The notes under the pieces are model-generated. The model did not search any database, had not been told where the DNA came from, and saw only the letters and a program-made list of their open reading frames with translations. This document shows positions 21,209-30,757 of a stretch of DNA of 64,000 nucleotides, in pieces. Source of the DNA: an uncultured Armatimonadetes bacterium (lineage in GTDB: Bacteria; Armatimonadota; Hebobacteria; Hebobacterales; Hebobacteraceae); contig OY970296.1 of the NCBI GenBank assembly GCA_963716175.1, positions 1,024,001 to 1,088,000 on the forward strand, in the 5' to 3' direction. The translations under genes were made by a program, and so were the position numbers. Positions within the stretch are counted from its first letter, which is position 1. Every line of letters begins with the position of its first letter.

Positions 21209-22111
21209 CTATGACTCCACAAGCCGGAACTTGACCTTGAAGGATATGGTCATCGCGACCCGCTCTCCATCCTTCAGTGCGGGTTCGAAGCGCAACCGTG
21301 CCGCGTGATCGAGAGCTGCCTGGTCCAGATCGCCGCGGCCTGACGACTTCGTCAGGCCAATGCAGGTGGGCCGCCCGTCGGCTGTGACCGTGATTCTGAG
21401 GGTGGTGGTTCCCTCTGCTCCCTGCTGTCGTGCAGCATCCGGATACGGCGGCTCGGTCCAGTTCAGAACGCGTGGTGGCGAGGACGGGCCCTTTGGCTTT
21501 GGGGGAGCAGGAGGCGCCGGCGCTGGCTTCGGCGCCAGCTCCGGCGTTGGCAACTCCGGAGCGACCTCCGTGCTCGTGAGACTGGTGCCAGACGCTCTGG
21601 GATCAGTGCTTCTTCCAGTGCCGCCGAGGCCGTACTCGCCAGGTGGGCCTGCCGACAGTGAATCGGCGCGGTCGAAGAGCGATGGCGTTGCCAGCACCGG
21701 CGCCGACACCTCGGATGCCTTGACAACGACCTCTCGCGGCAGCACTGGCAACTCGGCGGTCGTCTCGCCCTTCGGCCTCTGCGGCTTCACGAATGCCTCG
21801 TCAGGCAGGACGACGCGTCCCCTCTTCGGCGCGGCTGTGTGCGCCTTCGGCTTCGGCGCTTCGACGACGGCCGGCTTCGGCCGTGGCATGGGCTTCGTCG
21901 GTGGGGGCGGCAAAGTGGCGATCTCAAGGTCGAGTCTCTCTTGATCGCACAGCTTGGGGCAGACCACCTTCCCCAGATTGCAGAGGCAGTTGCCCCACCG
22001 ATCGGCCGCGTAGAGGATGCCTCCGTGCAGAACTAGGGAGGCGACAAGAGCGAGGCCGGCAATCCGGTCAATGCCGACGCGGACATGTGAGCGGGGGATG
22101 GCAATCGCCAT
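21209..22111 (-). CDS. tonB: energy transducer TonB
   Basis: TM anchor with SxxxH, Pro-rich linker, TonB_C 'PPYPDAARQQGAEG...SSG...LD.AAL'. Confidence 0.9.
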   Translation of the reverse strand: MAIAIPRSHVRVGIDRIAGLALVASLVLHGGILYAADRWGNCLCNLGKVVCPKLCDQERLDLEIATLPPPPTKPMPRPKPAVVEAPKPKAHTAAPKRGRVVLPDEAFVKPQRPKGETTAELPVLPREVVVKASEVSAPVLATPSLFDRADSLSAGPPGEYGLGGTGRSTDPRASGTSLTSTEVAPELPTPELAPKPAPAPPAPPKPKGPSSPPRVLNWTEPPYPDAARQQGAEGTTTLRITVTADGRPTCIGLTKSSGRGDLDQAALDHAARLRFEPALKDGERVAMTISFKVKFRLVES

Positions 22112-22123
22112 GGCGCGAGCCTC

Positions 22124-22564
22124 CTACTTCCTCGGGCCCTGCTTGGGTCTCTCGGTGGCAAGCGACACGTGCCGTAACCCGACCAGCCTCGCCGCGTCCA
22201 TGATCCAGATGACCTTGCCGTAGGCGGCCTGGCGGTCGCCGCGAATCACGACGGTCTTGTCGGGCGTGGCGATACGGCGCGCGGCATCCATCAGAGCCTG
22301 TGTGAGTCCGTCTTCTGACACCGCGGTATCGCCGACTCGCATCTCACCTGCGCTGTTGACGAGCACTGTGATCTCGTTCTGTTCCTTCGTCACGAGCTCG
22401 CTGCTCACAGCAGGCGGAAGCTCGACCTGCATCGCCGGCTCGGCGACGAAGAATGTCGCTGTAACCATGAAGATGATGAGCAGAACCAACATCACATCGG
22501 TGAGGGGTGTGATGTTTATCTCGGAGATGATGTCATTGTTCTCGCGTTGGAGAGACACTGCCAT
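22124..22564 (-). CDS. exbD: biopolymer transport protein ExbD
   Basis: 'EINITPLTDVMLVLLIIFMV', 'IRGD..A.YG'. Confidence 0.93.
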   Translation of the reverse strand: MAVSLQRENNDIISEINITPLTDVMLVLLIIFMVTATFFVAEPAMQVELPPAVSSELVTKEQNEITVLVNSAGEMRVGDTAVSEDGLTQALMDAARRIATPDKTVVIRGDRQAAYGKVIWIMDAARLVGLRHVSLATERPKQGPRK

Positions 22565-22565
22565 G

Positions 22566-23165
22566 CTAGCTCTCCCGAACGGCAAGGGTTATCGCCTCGG
22601 CCGCCGCAAGCTCGGCCCGCTTGAGCAGACGGGACTGCCAGGTGATGAACACGTTGTAGATGATGACAGAGGTGATGGCGACGGCCAGACCGGCCGCGGT
22701 CGCGACCAGCGCCTCTGAGATGCCAGCCGCGACCACGGCCGGGCCGGCCGCGCCGACTTGGCCGATGTCCCGGAAGGCGCGGATGATCCCGAGCACTGTT
22801 CCGAAGAGGCCGATGAAGGGGCTGATGTTGCCAATGGTGCCGACGACGCTCAGGTGTGCGCTGAGACGAAGCCCTTCTGCTGAAAGCGCAGTGCGAACCC
22901 GCTCCTCGACCTCAGCCCGCGGCAGCTCCCGATGCCGGAGTACCGCGGCTATCGCCCGCACCCCAGGTGCCGGCGCGTCCGGCCACTTCGGGTGGGGGTT
23001 GCCTGCTTGAGCGAGGGCTGTTCGGGCGTGGGCGATGAGCTCCTGCGGATCCCGATCAGCGCGCCAGAAGTGCCAGAGGCGCTCCACCAGAATGGCAACG
23101 CTCAACAGAGAGCAGAGCGCCAACGGGTAGATGACAAGCCCGCCTTGCCCGAGCAACTGGAACAT
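22566..23165 (-). CDS. exbB: MotA/TolQ/ExbB proton channel
   Basis: Own RBS GGAGGTGA and ATG (MFQLLGQGG); 'SPFIGLFGTVLGII', 'GISEALVATAAGL'. Confidence 0.9.
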   Translation of the reverse strand: MFQLLGQGGLVIYPLALCSLLSVAILVERLWHFWRADRDPQELIAHARTALAQAGNPHPKWPDAPAPGVRAIAAVLRHRELPRAEVEERVRTALSAEGLRLSAHLSVVGTIGNISPFIGLFGTVLGIIRAFRDIGQVGAAGPAVVAAGISEALVATAAGLAVAITSVIIYNVFITWQSRLLKRAELAAAEAITLAVRES

Positions 23166-23176
23166 GGGATCACCTC

Positions 23177-24620
23177 CTATCCTGACACTGGCTGGGCCGG
23201 GACTGAAGCCGAGCATCTGCGCGGCCGCATCGCGAGGTACACGGGTATGCCCGCGGCAAGAAATGCCGCGAGCCAGAGCATATCCCCAGGGTTGCGCAGC
23301 AAGTGGTTGACCATCAGCGCCATCGAGGACAGGCAGAAGATCGCCGGCACCCAGGGATAGCCCCAGGCTCGGTACGGTCGTGGCGCATCCGGTGCGCGAC
23401 GGCGGAGCACGAAGATCGCCGCGCCGGTGACGGCTGAGAGCAGCCAGATGACCAGGACAGTGAATGCCAGAATCCGACCGAGCGTCGCGCTCGAGAACGA
23501 TGATGCACGCGAGAGTCGCTTGGGCAGCGATGGCTGCCACCGGCACCCGTCTCTGTCGGTGGACTGAAGCCAACACGCGAGGGAAGAGCCCATCTTGTGC
23601 CATCGCGTAGTAGATGCGGGGGCCGACCATGACGGTGGCGTTGAGCGATCCCAGAATGCAGACCAGGATAGCCAGGGTCAGGATGCCGGACAGGCCGGGG
23701 CCGAGCAGCGAGTTCGCCACATCTCGCACCGGGACGGTCGACCCCGCCAGTCCAGCCACGGGGATCCCGTAGAGCAGCACGACGTTGAACATCAGGTATA
23801 ACACGATGACCAGCAGCGTCCCGAACACGAGCGAGCGCGGGACACTGCGCTGAGGATGGCGCACCTCCGCCGCCATATAGGTGGCTGCATCCCATCCGAG
23901 GTAGGCGAACGACACGCCGATGAGGGCAGCGCCGAACTCCGCGAGCCCGGCGCCGCCCACGACCGGCGTGCCACCACCGAGGTTGGCCCAGCTCCCCCGC
24001 CCGGCAAACAGTCCAAAGCCGGCAATGCCGACCAGGGCGGCGATCTTCAGCCCAGTGAGGAGGTTCTGGGCGCCGCTGCCCGTGCGCAGTCCGAGACCAT
24101 TGATCACCGAGAGGGCGATGATCAAGGCGATGGCGAGGATGTTCGCAGAGGCGACACTCCATCGGAAGATGGGTGTCTCGACAGTCCAGAGGGCATGCCC
24201 GGTCCACGCGGACGGCAGATAGGTCATGAGACCAAGTGCGACGAACGCGATGGACCCCGGGAAGGACGCGACGAACGACAGCCATCCATCGAAGAAGCCA
24301 ACGAGCGGACCATACGCCTCCCGGAGGTAGACGTAGTGGCCGCCGGCGCGGGGGATGGCGGCGCCCAGTTCAGCGTATGTCAAGGCGCCCGTGAGCGCCA
24401 TGATCCCTCCGACCAGCCAGGCGCCGAGGATAAGCGAAGGCGTCGGCAGATGCTTCGCGACCTCGCCGGTCGTCAGGAAGATGCCGCTGCCGATCATGCT
24501 GCCCACGACCAGCAGAACGCAGTCCGCGAGCCCCAGGCCTCGCATGAGCCCGGCCGGCTCCTGTGTGACGCTCGCCGCATCCTGCGCCACTTCAGCCGCC
24601 GCATCGCCGATTGTCGTCAT
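23177..24620 (-). CDS. APC-family amino acid permease, frameshifted at about 23492
   Basis: 'GSMIGSGIF', 'GGHYVYLREAYG', 'FAYLGW'; the true C-terminus 'RPYRAWGYPWVP' is in ORF 23177..23593; one extra base in CTC-G-AGC. Confidence 0.85.
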
Positions 24621-24652
24621 GGGTATCCCTGCTTCCCATTGCACACGGGCAT

Positions 24653-25444
24653 CTATCCGAACGCGAGGTAGAGTGCTCGGTAGTAAGCCTTGACCTCTTG
24701 GGCAGCCGAGGTTATCGACGCGAGATTGCCCGACCTCACCGCAGCCTCGAGTTGCTGCACCGCCTTGGTCTCGCCAGCGACTAACTCGCGGTGCTTCTCC
24801 CGCTCGCCCTCACCAACGGGGGTGAAACCAAAGTCGAGGACGCGCTGCCATGCGGTTCGGGCCTCGCGCACGAGGCCAGCGATGGTAGGCAGAGCGGCCT
24901 GAGTGGCCGACCTCGGGTCAGCGATGATGGGGTCGCAGGCCGCCTCCATCACGTTGTGATACTCGAACAGAGCATCGCCATAGTAGGCGATGCCGTTGCG
25001 CCGCCGCAGGTCCAGCAAGACCGATCTAACCGGGCCCAGCGCCCGGTGCGCCTGCATCACACGGCCCGAGGCCAGCAGCCGGCGGGCGATCTCAAGGTAG
25101 CCGGTCACCGTCGCTAGGTCCCGCTGCCAGTTCGCATCGGCCGCATAGACCGAGGGAGCAGTCTCGTAGAACCGGCCGAGCAGAGCCACCCATGCCGCCA
25201 GAGCGTCGTTGGTGGTAAGCAAGAGCGTGTCCGCGCGTGCGTCCGGCCGGTTCGTACCAACGAGGGCCTGCTTGTAAAGGGTGTTCCACTCCTGGAACTT
25301 TGCCTGGAACTGATCGGAAGATTGGCCCGCCCCGAGTTGCTCTGATGCCGCGATCGCCAAGGTACAGCAGGCAGCGATCAGAAGGAGGCTGGCAAACACA
25401 GCCCGAGCAGGGAGGGAAGCCGCGGCAGGCGCGCGACTCGTCAT
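24653..25444 (-). CDS. hypothetical periplasmic all-helical protein
   Basis: Signal peptide; overlaps the upstream stop (ATGA); 'HNVME' His/Met motif. Confidence 0.7.
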   Translation of the reverse strand: MTSRAPAAASLPARAVFASLLLIAACCTLAIAASEQLGAGQSSDQFQAKFQEWNTLYKQALVGTNRPDARADTLLLTTNDALAAWVALLGRFYETAPSVYAADANWQRDLATVTGYLEIARRLLASGRVMQAHRALGPVRSVLLDLRRRNGIAYYGDALFEYHNVMEAACDPIIADPRSATQAALPTIAGLVREARTAWQRVLDFGFTPVGEGEREKHRELVAGETKAVQQLEAAVRSGNLASITSAAQEVKAYYRALYLAFG

Positions 25445-26826
25445 GATTGGCCGGCCTTCTTCCTGATCTCAATCCAGTTGCCACCCTCGCGGATGACCTT
25501 GTAGCCGCCAATGCCAGCCCTGGTCATGAGCGCGTCGTAGGAGAGCACCGGGAACGGAAATGCTGACTTGCTCGCTTGAGGAGAGGCCGGATCGACGCCG
25601 TACCACGCTTCCCGCCTGCCGCCGCGGATCTGGTTCTCCTCCTCCGTGGACGTGTAGCGCCCGAAGCCGCCGCCGATGAAGGCCACCCCGCCGGGCCTGA
25701 GCACGCGGTAGATCTCCTTGACCGCGAGGACCTGATCGCGCAGGAACGGGATTGTGCCCTTGGACATGACCAGGTCAATGGAGTTGTCTGCAAACGGCAG
25801 GCTGTGAGCATCAGCGCAGATGAACTGCGCCCGGTCGCTTAGCCCTGCCTCCTTGGCTCGCCGCCTGCCGGCCTCGACTGCTTCAGGCTCGATATCGAGG
25901 CCGATCACGGTGAGATCAGTCATTTGGACGAGCTTCACCGCCATCTGCCCGGAGCCGCATCCGATGTCCACGGCCGTGCCCTTCGTGATCCTGTAGTCGT
26001 CTATCAACTGCTGGCAGATGTTCTGGTAGGCTTTCATCATGCGGCTGCCGGCACCGGGATCGTCGGCGGGAGCATGGGTGCCGTCGTCCAGCATCAGGCC
26101 GTGAGACAGGTAGACCCGCCGGGCGCGCGCGTCGCCGCTCAGGAAGTCGACAAGCGCCCCCGCCTCCTTGGGTGATCGCGCCTTCGGCGTCACGAAAGCC
26201 GGGATCAGCGCGGCCAGCTCGGAACCATAGCGGCTGACGGGAAGCCGGATGACGACCGGGCTGAGCGGGTTCCCGGAGACGGTGTAGTCCCATCCAAGAA
26301 CGGCGTCCACCTTGCCTCTCGCCAGCAGGTCCATCATGTCGTCGGCGTCAACGGTGGTGGCGACGAAGCTGCTCTCCTTTCCCTTCAGCAGCTTCTCGCC
26401 CCGCCATGCGCAGAACTCGATCTTCCCCCATCTCACGCCGGGCTTGCCCAGGTCCTCGATTCCTCGGATGTTCCGCGGGTTGCCTGGAGGGACAATCACC
26501 GCCATCCGCCCGCAGAACAGGGGCTTCCGGCTCGCTGGCACGACGTATCCCTTCTGCTCCCAGATGTCGGCCGAGCGATTGCAGGAGGGGACTAGCACGT
26601 CCATGTCACCCTTCGCCGGAAACTGCATGAGCTGCGGGTGAGGGAACCGGTGGACGATCACCTGGTTGCCTGTGTCAGCCACCCAGATAGCGGCCGCTTC
26701 GCGTACGACTGGCCCATACTCGTCGTAGACGCCCACATCGATACGGGCCGCGCCTGCCGCGGCGGCAAACAGAGCGCTCGCCAGGAGCGCAAATCCGAGT
26801 ATCGTCAAGAGTCGCAGGCGCATCAC
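25441..26826 (-). CDS. fusion: signal peptide + ModA-like substrate-binding domain + class I SAM-dependent methyltransferase
   Basis: 'VIVPPGNPRNIRGIEDLGKPGVR' (ModA-like); 'DIGCGSG', 'LPFADNSIDL', 'RVLRPGG..FIGGGFG'. Confidence 0.82.
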   Translation of the reverse strand: MMRLRLLTILGFALLASALFAAAAGAARIDVGVYDEYGPVVREAAAIWVADTGNQVIVHRFPHPQLMQFPAKGDMDVLVPSCNRSADIWEQKGYVVPASRKPLFCGRMAVIVPPGNPRNIRGIEDLGKPGVRWGKIEFCAWRGEKLLKGKESSFVATTVDADDMMDLLARGKVDAVLGWDYTVSGNPLSPVVIRLPVSRYGSELAALIPAFVTPKARSPKEAGALVDFLSGDARARRVYLSHGLMLDDGTHAPADDPGAGSRMMKAYQNICQQLIDDYRITKGTAVDIGCGSGQMAVKLVQMTDLTVIGLDIEPEAVEAGRRRAKEAGLSDRAQFICADAHSLPFADNSIDLVMSKGTIPFLRDQVLAVKEIYRVLRPGGVAFIGGGFGRYTSTEEENQIRGGRREAWYGVDPASPQASKSAFPFPVLSYDALMTRAGIGGYKVIREGGNWIEIRKKAGQS

Positions 26827-28266
26827 TTATCCTGCCTTTGCCGGAGCTGCTGGCTTGCGGAACTCGAGCCAGCTTCCACCTTCAGTGATGTGCCGGTAGT
26901 CGGAGATGCCGGCGCGGGCCATGAGCGCGGGCACGTTGTCCAGGGGGAAGGGGAAGTTGAAGTCCCTAGGAGTGGGCTGGCGCGTCTTCTCCGCGTCTTC
27001 TTTGGGGAGGAAGCGACCGGAGCCGCCGCCGAGGAAGGCCCAGCCGCCGGGCTTGAGCACGCGCATGATCTCGCGCAGCGCCATCGCCTGATCGCGCCAG
27101 AAGAAGATGGAGCCGCGACTCATGACCACGTCGAAGCTGTTATCAGGGAAGGGCAGCGCATGAACATCCGCCGCCACCCAGTGCATGCGTGAATCAAGTC
27201 CGCACTCCTTGCCGTACTGAACAGCGAAGTCAATCGCCTCCGGCTCTATGTCGAGGCCCGTCACCTCCAGCCCGGAGGCCTTTGCCACCTCGACCGTCAG
27301 CTGACCGGGCCCGCAGCCCAGATCGAGGCAGTTGGCCGCTCCTGCAGCGTAGTCCGCCGCGACCGTCTTGGCCACCGAAATATAGGAGGGCATCATCCTC
27401 TTTCCCGCGCCCTCCTTGTAGTCGGCTACCCTTCCGCCGTCGCTATCGAGGATGGCGCGAGACAACGTCAGGCCCCTAGCCTCGCGCGACTTGACGCAGA
27501 ACTGGAGGAGCGCCTGAGCATCAGCAAGACGTTTGGTTCCTCGCACCGCGTAGCCATGTCCGGCCTGCGCTGCATCATCGCCAGCGACCGAGCGGGGCAG
27601 ACGGATTGTGACCAGCTCCGGTCGCAGGTGACCGGCGAGATCCATCCCGACTACGACGTCCAGCTCGCCGTGCTGTAGGCGGTCGAGAAGCGCGTCCATC
27701 GAGTCGCCGACCACCGCTCCCTTGGCCTTGAGCTTCTCCCCCAGCGGACCGGAGACGTGATCGGTGCAGAGCCCTACGCGCAGCCCAGGCCGGTCCAGAT
27801 CCTGCGCCGACATGATCTGGAGGGGATCGGCCGGAGCCAGGAACATCGCCAAGCGGCCGTAGTACAGGATGGTGTCCGATTCGGGGATGACCAGGCCCGC
27901 GTCCGTAGCCTTCTTGGTCGAACCGGGACACGCTCCCAGCACGACGTCGACGCGCCCGGCCTTCATCGCCTCCTCCAGCGGAGGGTATCCCTCAAAGAGG
28001 GTGACGCTGGCGGCTACGCCGGAGCTGGCGATCCATGCCCCCACCAGCTCCTCCCCCAGGTGACGCGGTGAAAAGGGTATCACCGCGACCCTGAGGGGCT
28101 CGACGCTCCGCCCGTGCTCGTCGCTCTGGGCTGCCGGTGCCGCTGGCGCGCCGGCCCGGCCGCCCGCACCGCCGGGCGGTCCTCCGGGGCCGCCACCAAA
28201 CGCGGCGCCTGCCACCACGCCAATCAGGGCGAGACAGATGACCAACCGCCAGGAGTGCGTCCTCAT
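26827..28266 (-). CDS. paralogous fusion: signal peptide + ModA-like domain + class I SAM-dependent methyltransferase
   Basis: 'APADPLQIMSAQDLDRPGLRVG'; 'DLGCGPG', 'LPFPDNSFD', 'SRGSIFFW', 'RVLKPGG'. Confidence 0.82.
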   Translation of the reverse strand: MRTHSWRLVICLALIGVVAGAAFGGGPGGPPGGAGGRAGAPAAPAAQSDEHGRSVEPLRVAVIPFSPRHLGEELVGAWIASSGVAASVTLFEGYPPLEEAMKAGRVDVVLGACPGSTKKATDAGLVIPESDTILYYGRLAMFLAPADPLQIMSAQDLDRPGLRVGLCTDHVSGPLGEKLKAKGAVVGDSMDALLDRLQHGELDVVVGMDLAGHLRPELVTIRLPRSVAGDDAAQAGHGYAVRGTKRLADAQALLQFCVKSREARGLTLSRAILDSDGGRVADYKEGAGKRMMPSYISVAKTVAADYAAGAANCLDLGCGPGQLTVEVAKASGLEVTGLDIEPEAIDFAVQYGKECGLDSRMHWVAADVHALPFPDNSFDVVMSRGSIFFWRDQAMALREIMRVLKPGGWAFLGGGSGRFLPKEDAEKTRQPTPRDFNFPFPLDNVPALMARAGISDYRHITEGGSWLEFRKPAAPAKAG

Positions 28267-28303
28267 GCGATTCGCTCCTTTCACCTAAGTCGTCTACCCA
28301 GGC

Positions 28304-30370
28304 TCATTTCATACTGGCCGTGCGGCTGAAACCCACAGTGTAGTTGCGGCCTGGTCGCGGGAAGCCAGGTTGGCTCTCGTAAGCGGCATCGAACATGTTG
28401 TTCAGCGCCGCGTTCAGGCTCCACCCTACGCCCAGCTCCCGAGAGGCGGTCAGGTTGGCGTAGCTGTAACCGTCGAGCGGATAGGCCAGGGCGTAGTAGC
28501 CGGAACGCGCAATCCGGTCGCCCACATTGGTGTAGCTCAGCGCTAGGCGGGTGCGCCTATCTGGCGCCCACCGAAGGCCGAGGCTGGACTGCCCTTTGGG
28601 CGGGACCGCCAACTGGAGAGGCTGACCCTCGGCCATGGGAATGCGCGCGACCTTCTGATGCATGTAGGTGTAGTTGGCGAAGTAGGTCAGGGAGCGCACC
28701 GAGGAGATCGCGCCCTTGAGCTCCGCTTCGAGCCCCGACTGCGTGAAGTCAGCCTGCACCTGGACATAGTCACTTGACTTGCTGGGATCGCCGCCGGTCT
28801 TCAGGTAGCTGACGAAGTAGTTGCTGATCGCAGACTGGAACCAGCCCATGCGCCCCATCAGGTTAGGGCTGAAATGCTTCTCGATCCCCACGTCAACGTT
28901 GCCGCTGGTCTCGTCCTTCAGGTTGGGATTGCTCTGCAAGGCGCTCTGGGTGGGGTAGACGACGCCGGTGCCGTAATGGGCATAGAGGATCGCCTGCTGT
29001 GACAGGTAGTGCTCGAGCCCAAGAGCATAGGTGGAAGCGTGCTTGCGGCCCATTGGTACCTCGTAGCGACCCCCATAGAAGAACCGCGTGTGCGGGGAGA
29101 TGGACCATTCGTCCTGAGCGAAATAGCCGGTCAGCCGGTCGTCGGCGGACGAGGGCGCATACATGCGGAGAGCCCCACCGGCCAGCAAGTTGAGCTGCTG
29201 CGAGTAGCCATTCAGCCGGTAGGTTTCCATGCCCACCCGCAGGTAGTGGTCCTGCGCCGCCTGCAGCCGGAGCATCAGGTCCCCGCCAATCGTATCGTCA
29301 ACCTCGCTATAGAAGGGATTCTGGCCCACCTTGGGAGCTATGGGCCCGCCGAACGTGAAGTTGTGGTAGAAGCGGTTGCGGTACCAGAGCTCAAGGTCCA
29401 GCCCCGAATTGGCCTTCGCAAAGGGCCGAGTGTAGGCGAGGGTTGCCAGCCGCTCCCGGTAAGGCGCTATGCCCCAGTAGGCCGGCCCGGTCTTGGCGAA
29501 ATCCTGCCAGGCCTTGTCCCAGACATCGAAGTTGCGCCGGCCGTCAATGTTCAGCAGCGAGAACTTGACGGTGGCGCCACCCTTCAGGTCCTGGTCTGAC
29601 TTGAGGAACACCCGCTGCAGGCGGTGCCCTCCGAACTCCAGGTTGCTGTTCGAGGTGTCGTAGTCGGCGGCCAGGAACAGGCCCTTGTCGGCCGGCCCCT
29701 GCCCCACGGAGATCCCGCCTCGGATGTAGTCGAAGCTGCCGGCGCTAAGGGAGGAGGTGTACTCACCCGTTCCCTTACCTTTTCCGCTCTTGGTCACGAT
29801 GTTGATGACGCCCCCGCTGAGCGCCTGGGGGCCGTAGATCAGGCTCGACGAGCTCCTGATCACATCCACTCGCTCCACCGCCGACAGCGGCAGCGAGTAG
29901 AGGGTTCGCGCGGAGAACCCGCCGACACTGATCAGAGCGCCGTCCAAGAGGAAGGTGGCGGCGGAGGAGCCCCTGATGTTCACGAAGGTCTCGTATCTCC
30001 GCCCCTGGTGGGTAACCGTGACGCCGGGAAGGAACTCAAGCGCATCGGACAGGTTGGTCTCACCGGTAGCCTCCAGTTCCGCGCTGTTGATCGAGGTGAT
30101 CACCTCACCGGTGGTCGGCGCGAGCGATGGCACCGGCTGCTCCCCCACTTTCTTGCCAACGACCTCGACTTCGATCTCCGGCGTCTCCTCCGCTGTCTTG
30201 GCGGCTGCCGCTGACTCCGGCGGCGCGGGTGCCGCAGGGGCCTCTGCATCCACCTGCTTCTGCTCGGCTGCCACAGCCGAACCCGTGTCTTCAGCGCCAA
30301 GCAACGCTGTGCCACAGATCAGGACAAGCACCAAGGCCAGACAAGCCCCCCAACACAGCTGTCGTCGCAT
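28304..30370 (-). CDS. TonB-dependent outer membrane receptor
   Basis: Plug 'LSDALEFLPGV', 'ERVDVIR..SSLIYG..A.GGVINIVTK'; C-terminal 'NNMFD..Y...PGRNY'. Confidence 0.92.
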   Translation of the reverse strand: MRRQLCWGACLALVLVLICGTALLGAEDTGSAVAAEQKQVDAEAPAAPAPPESAAAAKTAEETPEIEVEVVGKKVGEQPVPSLAPTTGEVITSINSAELEATGETNLSDALEFLPGVTVTHQGRRYETFVNIRGSSAATFLLDGALISVGGFSARTLYSLPLSAVERVDVIRSSSSLIYGPQALSGGVINIVTKSGKGKGTGEYTSSLSAGSFDYIRGGISVGQGPADKGLFLAADYDTSNSNLEFGGHRLQRVFLKSDQDLKGGATVKFSLLNIDGRRNFDVWDKAWQDFAKTGPAYWGIAPYRERLATLAYTRPFAKANSGLDLELWYRNRFYHNFTFGGPIAPKVGQNPFYSEVDDTIGGDLMLRLQAAQDHYLRVGMETYRLNGYSQQLNLLAGGALRMYAPSSADDRLTGYFAQDEWSISPHTRFFYGGRYEVPMGRKHASTYALGLEHYLSQQAILYAHYGTGVVYPTQSALQSNPNLKDETSGNVDVGIEKHFSPNLMGRMGWFQSAISNYFVSYLKTGGDPSKSSDYVQVQADFTQSGLEAELKGAISSVRSLTYFANYTYMHQKVARIPMAEGQPLQLAVPPKGQSSLGLRWAPDRRTRLALSYTNVGDRIARSGYYALAYPLDGYSYANLTASRELGVGWSLNAALNNMFDAAYESQPGFPRPGRNYTVGFSRTASMK

Positions 30371-30757
30371 AGAATCATCCTCCGTATGACGTTTCCGGTT
30401 GGGTCAACTGTAACTGCTGGCGATTTCGCTCGCGACAACACGCCGAGAAATAACTGTGAAATGCCTTGGACCCGACTGTCCCGGGTCCGATGAGGTCGGA
30501 CGGCTGCGAGGTCGCGTCAGTTCAGAACACGCGGCCACCCAGGCGAGAGGTACAGGGAAGCCTCTGATTGCGCCTTCCAGCGTCAGCGGAGGGGGGCGTG
30601 GCAGCGAACGGCAGCAGGCAGGAACGGCACCCGAGTCACACTGCGAACCGTGAACAAACGGTGTCAGTCGGGGTTGCGGTGCATGCATGCGCGACGATGC
30701 CGCGCGGCAAGAGGGGCTTCGTGGCGAATGCGCGTGACAGAAAGGTCCGTCAGGTGA

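Noticed and set aside
22566-24644. 692-aa permease-ExbB fusion as an evolved protein
   Set aside because: The linker is out-of-frame permease sequence, and exbB has its own RBS and start
30371-30757. Cobalamin or Moco riboswitch upstream of the TonB receptor
   Set aside because: No B12-box or other recognisable conserved motif by eye; an Rfam scan would be needed
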